Assembly: GCF_004010195.1 (NCBI RefSeq)
Contig: NC_057717.1
Location: forward strand, 73,664,399-73,728,398
DNA length: 64,000 bases
Source: Chiloscyllium plagiosum
Taxonomy: Eukaryota
Direction: 5' to 3'
Positions 59,575 to 64,000 of this stretch are shown here, in pieces. How positions within the stretch are numbered: position 1 is the first letter of the stretch; each line of letters starts with the position of its first letter. The notes below the pieces were generated by a model that was not told the DNA's origin, made no database searches, and saw only the letters and a list, made by a program, of their open reading frames with translations. The position numbers and the translations under genes are program-made.

Positions 59575-60956
59575 CAATGAAGGGCAATGATGAGAGTTCA
59601 AAACGTGAAAGGGAGGCTGGGATTATATCAACTACGAGTCGGAGTGAGAAATAAAACACTTCGCAACAGGCAGTGCCCAACCTCTACCCGAAAACTTCAA
59701 GGATTTTGGTAGACACCGCATACTTCTTCTCCAAGGAAACCCAGACATAGCAACGGGGCAGGCAATCGGCAATAATGACTCCCTACACGGTCCGCTGCCT
59801 GGATCTGTTTGTGGTCCACTTAACCAGGTCCAGAAGCAGATCCATGAGGAGATCTTTTGACATGCCCTCCACCCTCCGCACCAGGTCCCCAAAGATCAGG
59901 AGAGTGGAGCTGAAATGCAATTAAAAGCAGAGGAGCAGGTCTTACAGAAAATTAAAAAGAGACCACACCTCATGGTCCACAGACTCTGCAGTACCATAAA
60001 ACAACCAGTTGCGTTGGAAATCCGTAAACCACCACAATCTGTTTTGCAGGGCACTGCTGCGCGCAACACCCTCCACCCCTGGTCTCCGAGAGAAAGGGGG
60101 AGGACTCCCATGTCGAAAGCCCTCAACTGGGATCACCACTGCCCGGTGGCAAATGGGCATGCCAAGGGGGGGGGGAATAAGGGAGAAAAAAGTGAATGAT
60201 GTGCAGCAGCAGTTGATATATGGTCTTTCGTTTTGTGCCCCTGAAGGGAACTAAACTAAAATTCCGCTGGAGGCTCAGGTTGTGGGACATAGGCTCCGAG
60301 ATGACAAACGTGACCCTGGGGGCAATGTGAAATTCCATCTGGGCAGAGGTACGCACGGATGGGATTTCACCACAGACTTGCGCATCCTCCAACTGCTGCA
60401 TAATGTCAGGTTTGAGCGCCGTCGTTTTAAGATTTCGATTGGTGATAGCAATGAACCGGACATCTACCACTGCCCTGCTTGCCACCCCCTACCCAGCACC
60501 CCCTACCCTGAGTCTGGTCACCCTCGATGCCACAACCCTCCCCTTGAACAGACTCTCGAACCTGCGATTATGGTAGTGTAGATTTCTGAGCAACAGGAGT
60601 TTGGGCACAACACAAGTCGAGCATGTACTGGACTGTGATCTGGTCCTGGTAAAAGACAGACAGCATCCTGAGGGCGAACTCCAAACCTTCACAGTCAATA
60701 AACAAGAGCTTTGTGTTGCATTAGTGGTTGTGTGCCTGATGGAAAAAAAAGTAAGTACATCTCCATCGCGCTCCTATAGGAAGAGGCTCAACGTAAAGGT
60801 ATCACTGCAAGGTCTGAAGTGGAAAGTCGAATCTAGGAGCACACCAGCAACTGACCGAGGTCCTCCATATGGAGAGTCAAAACCTGAACTTTTTCTCAGT
60901 GTGTCATTTTGTCCCAGAATAAATTAACCAATGTTCTCTGGATGTTAGCAACAAGA
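59575..60956 (-). mobile_element. Tx1/L1-clade LINE fragment, copy 2
   Basis: Collinear near-copy of 57361-58749. Confidence 0.75.
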
Positions 60957-63373
60957 TTAGTGTAGCACTACTAATCAGAGAGGGTATCACAGCTAAGAAG
61001 CTTCCATTGTCGAGGAAGATCTGCCTACCGAGTCAGTATGTGTGGAAATTAGGAACAGCAAGGGAGCAGTCACCTCTTTAGGGGTTCACAACAGGCCCCC
61101 AATAGCAGCAGGGAGATGGAAGAAAGCATAAGTCGGCAGAATTTGGAAAAGTGTGGACGTAGTAGGGTTGTTGTAATGGGTGACTTTAACTTTCCCAATA
61201 TTGATTGGAACCTCCTTTGAGCAGAAGATTTGAATGGAGCTGTTTTTGTAACGTGTGTTCAGGAGGGTTTCCTAACTCAGTACGTTGACAGGCCGACGAG
61301 GGGGTGGCCATTCTAGACTTGGTGCTCGGAAACGAGCCGAGGCAGGTATCAGATGTTGTTGTGGGAGAGCATTTTGGTGATAGTGACCACAACTGCCTCA
61401 CATTCTACATAGCTATGGAGAAGGAGAGGATTAGGCAAAATGGGAGGATATTTAACTGGGGAAGAGCAAACTATGATGCGATTAGACATGAGTTAGGAAG
61501 CATGGATTGGGAGCAATTGTTCCATGGTAAAGGCACTATAGACATGTGGAGACTGTTTAAGGAGTGTTTAAGTTGTTGCAAGAGATGAATAAATATGTCC
61601 CTCTGAGACAGGCAAGAAACGGTAAGATAAAGGAACTTGGATGACGAGAGCGGTGGAGCTTCTCGTCAAAAGAAAAAAGGTAGCTTACATAAGGTGGAGA
61701 AAGCTAGGGTCAACCTCAGCTCTAGAGGATTACAGGCAGGCGAGGAAGGAGCTCAAAAATGGTCTGAGGAGAGCCAGGAGAGGGCACTAGAAAGGCTTGG
61801 CAGAACCGATTAGGGAGAACACAAAGGCATTTTACACTTATGTGAGGAATAAGAGAATGGTCAAAGAAAGCGTATGGCCGATCAGGGATAGCAGAGGGAA
61901 TTTGTGTGTGGAGTCTGAGGAGGTAGAGGAAGCCCTAAATGAATTTTTTACTTCTGCCTTTACGAAAGAAACGAACTTTGTAGTGAATGAAACCTTTGAA
62001 GAGCAGGTGTGCATGCTGGAATGATTAGAGATAGAGGAGGCTGATGTGCTGAAAATTTTGTCGATCATTAAGATTGACAAGTCGCCAGGCCCGGACCAGA
62101 TTTGTCCTCGTGTGCTTTGGGAAACGAGAAATGCAATTGCTTCGCCACTTGCGAAGATCTTTGCATCCTCGCTCTCCAGTGGAGTCATACCTGAGGACTG
62201 GAGAGAGGCAAATATAATTCCTCTCTTCAAGAAAGGAAAGAGGGAAATCTCCGGCAATTACAGACCAGCAAGTCTCACGTCTGTCGTCTGCAATTTGTTA
62301 GAAAGGATTCTGAGGGATAGGATTTATGACCAAATGGAAGACCATGGCTTGATTAAATGCAGTCAACACGGCTTTGTGAGGGGCAGGTCATGCCTCACAA
62401 AACTGATCGAGTTATTTGAGGATGTGACTAGAAAGGTTGATGAGGGTCGAGCTGTAGATGTGGTGTACATGGACTTCAGCAAGGCATTTGATAAAGTTCC
62501 CCATGGTAGGCTCATTCAGAAGGTCAGGAGAAATGGGATACAGGGACATTGACAGGATGCAGAGATGGGCTGAGAGGTGGCAGATGGAGTTCAACCTGGA
62601 TAAATGCGAGGTGATGCATTTTGGAAGGTCGAATTTGAAAGCTGAGTACAGGATTAAGGATAGGATTCTTGGCAGTGTGGAGGAACAGAGGGATCTTGGT
62701 GTGCAGGTACATAGATCCCTTAAAATGGCCACCCAAGTGGACAGGGTTGTTAAGAAAGCATATGGTGTTTTGGCTTTCACTAACAGGGGGATTGAGTTTA
62801 AGAGTCGTGAGTTCTTGTTGCAGCTCTATTAAACTTTGGTTAGACCGCACTTGGAATACTGCATCCAGTTCTGGTCGCCCTATTATAGGAAAGATGTGGA
62901 TGCTTTGGAGAGGGTGCAGAGGAGGTTTACCAGGATGCTGCCTGGACTGGAGGGCTTATGTTAGGAATAGAGTTTGACTGAGCTCGGACTTTTTCATTGG
63001 AGATAAAGGAGGAGGAGAGGGGACCTAATTGAGGTATACAAGATAATGAGAGGCATAGACAGAGTCGATAGCCAGAGACCATTTCCCAGGGCAGAAATGA
63101 CTAACATGAGGGGTCATAGTTTTAAGCTGGTTGGAGGAAAGTATAGAGGGGATGTCAGAGGCGGATTCTTTACACAGAGAGTTGTGAGAGCATGTAGTGC
63201 GTTGCCAGCACCAGTTGTGGAAGCAAGGTCACTGGGGACATTTAAGAGACTACTGGACATGCATATGGTCACAGAAATTTGAGGGTGCATACATGAGGAT
63301 CAGTGGTCGGCACAACATCGTGGGCTCAAGGGCCTTTTCTGTGCTGCACTGTTCTATTTTCTATGTTCAATGT
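60957..63373 (+). mobile_element. CR1 LINE inserted in the Tx1-like element; RT core deleted near 62547
   Basis: Endonuclease, tether, RT N-half ([10 protein letters not shown]) jumping directly to DIDRMQRW, 3' tail ttctatgttc. AAGA flanks at 60953-60956 and 63374-63377. Confidence 0.9.
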
Positions 63374-64000
63374 AAGACAAGAAGGAGGGACCAAACAGAC
63401 CAGCCAGCAACACAGCATGTCAGCCAGTAGCTGGTTTATGACCAGCACTTGACTCCTGCAAGAGAACACTCAGAGCACTTCGCCAGCCAGGTTTCCTCAG
63501 TTGGGCTAAGGAAGACCCTCAGATAGAGGAGATGGGTGGTAATCCAGCTGAATCGTCGTAACTCCTCTGACATAGAATCCACCCAACACGAACTGACCAG
63601 TAGTCTGGAATACCTTGCTCAGTTGATCCTGGCGGAACACACTGCTGACTACATCATCTGGCACTCGCACATCCTCAGTAGGTCAGCCGGATCAGTGAAA
63701 GTGAGTAGCAGATCACGCCATGAGCCAAGATGACCAGTCAGTGTCTGTGCGACGCAGAACCAGCCCTGACAACCTCCTCCTCAGAGGGACTTAAAAAGGT
63801 TCCATGCTTATGGAATGCAGTTAGCCGAGTAGGGGGCAGCCTTGACTCCTTTAGTACTCCCCTTCCCAAATGAAGGGGCATTGTTGAGAACTCAATAAAT
63901 TTAACCAGCACTCTGCGGTGATGTGCAAAAGTCAGATCCGGTCAACGGACTGCATCACAACCAGAATCCCGAGCACATACTCGTGATCAACCCTACCAAA
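63374..64000 (-). mobile_element. Tx1/L1-clade LINE RT domain, continuation upstream of the CR1 insertion
   Basis: Minus strand FGRVDHEYVLGIL and QGCPLLG*LHSISMEPF. The frame rejoins across the CR1 as PPSCLVANIQRTL. Confidence 0.8.

Larger units (their letters stand above)
57361..61777. repeat. About 2.2 kb tandem duplication (57361-59574 and 59575-61777)
   Basis: Both units start CAATGAAGGGCAATGATGAGAGTTC and end GGTCTGAGGAGAGCCAG, collinear with scattered substitutions and small indels. Confidence 0.93.

Noticed and set aside
1-64000. CRISPR arrays, rRNA or tRNA genes, prokaryotic operons
   Set aside because: None seen; the sequence is vertebrate repeat-rich DNA and its tandem repeats are simple microsatellites.

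Overview
Vertebrate genomic DNA, almost certainly from a shark or other elasmobranch (HE1-type tRNA SINEs, shark-type CR1 LINEs). Most of the window is decayed, often nested transposons: CR1, Tx1/L1-clade, Penelope-like (GIY-YIG), Gmr1-like Gypsy LTR elements and a second Gypsy family. One host gene sits in a roughly 6 kb island with no recognisable transposons. It is a compact six-exon immunoglobulin-superfamily receptor on the + strand (22845-26695; 909 nt CDS, 302 aa): leader, germline-joined VJ-type domain, C1-set domain, uncharged transmembrane segment, and two cytoplasmic exons ending in a TLYADL ITIM/ITSM-like motif. It has antigen-receptor-like architecture without RSS or rearrangement and is the main candidate for a novel system. 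The ORF track shows only its V and C exons; I assembled the rest from splice signals. Secondary points: minimal hammerhead ribozymes in Penelope-like termini, Gypsy elements with INT-before-RT order and SCAN-like gag, and a 2.2 kb tandem duplication across a Tx1/CR1 junction. Transposon boundaries are approximate. Family names come from motif recognition, not database searches.
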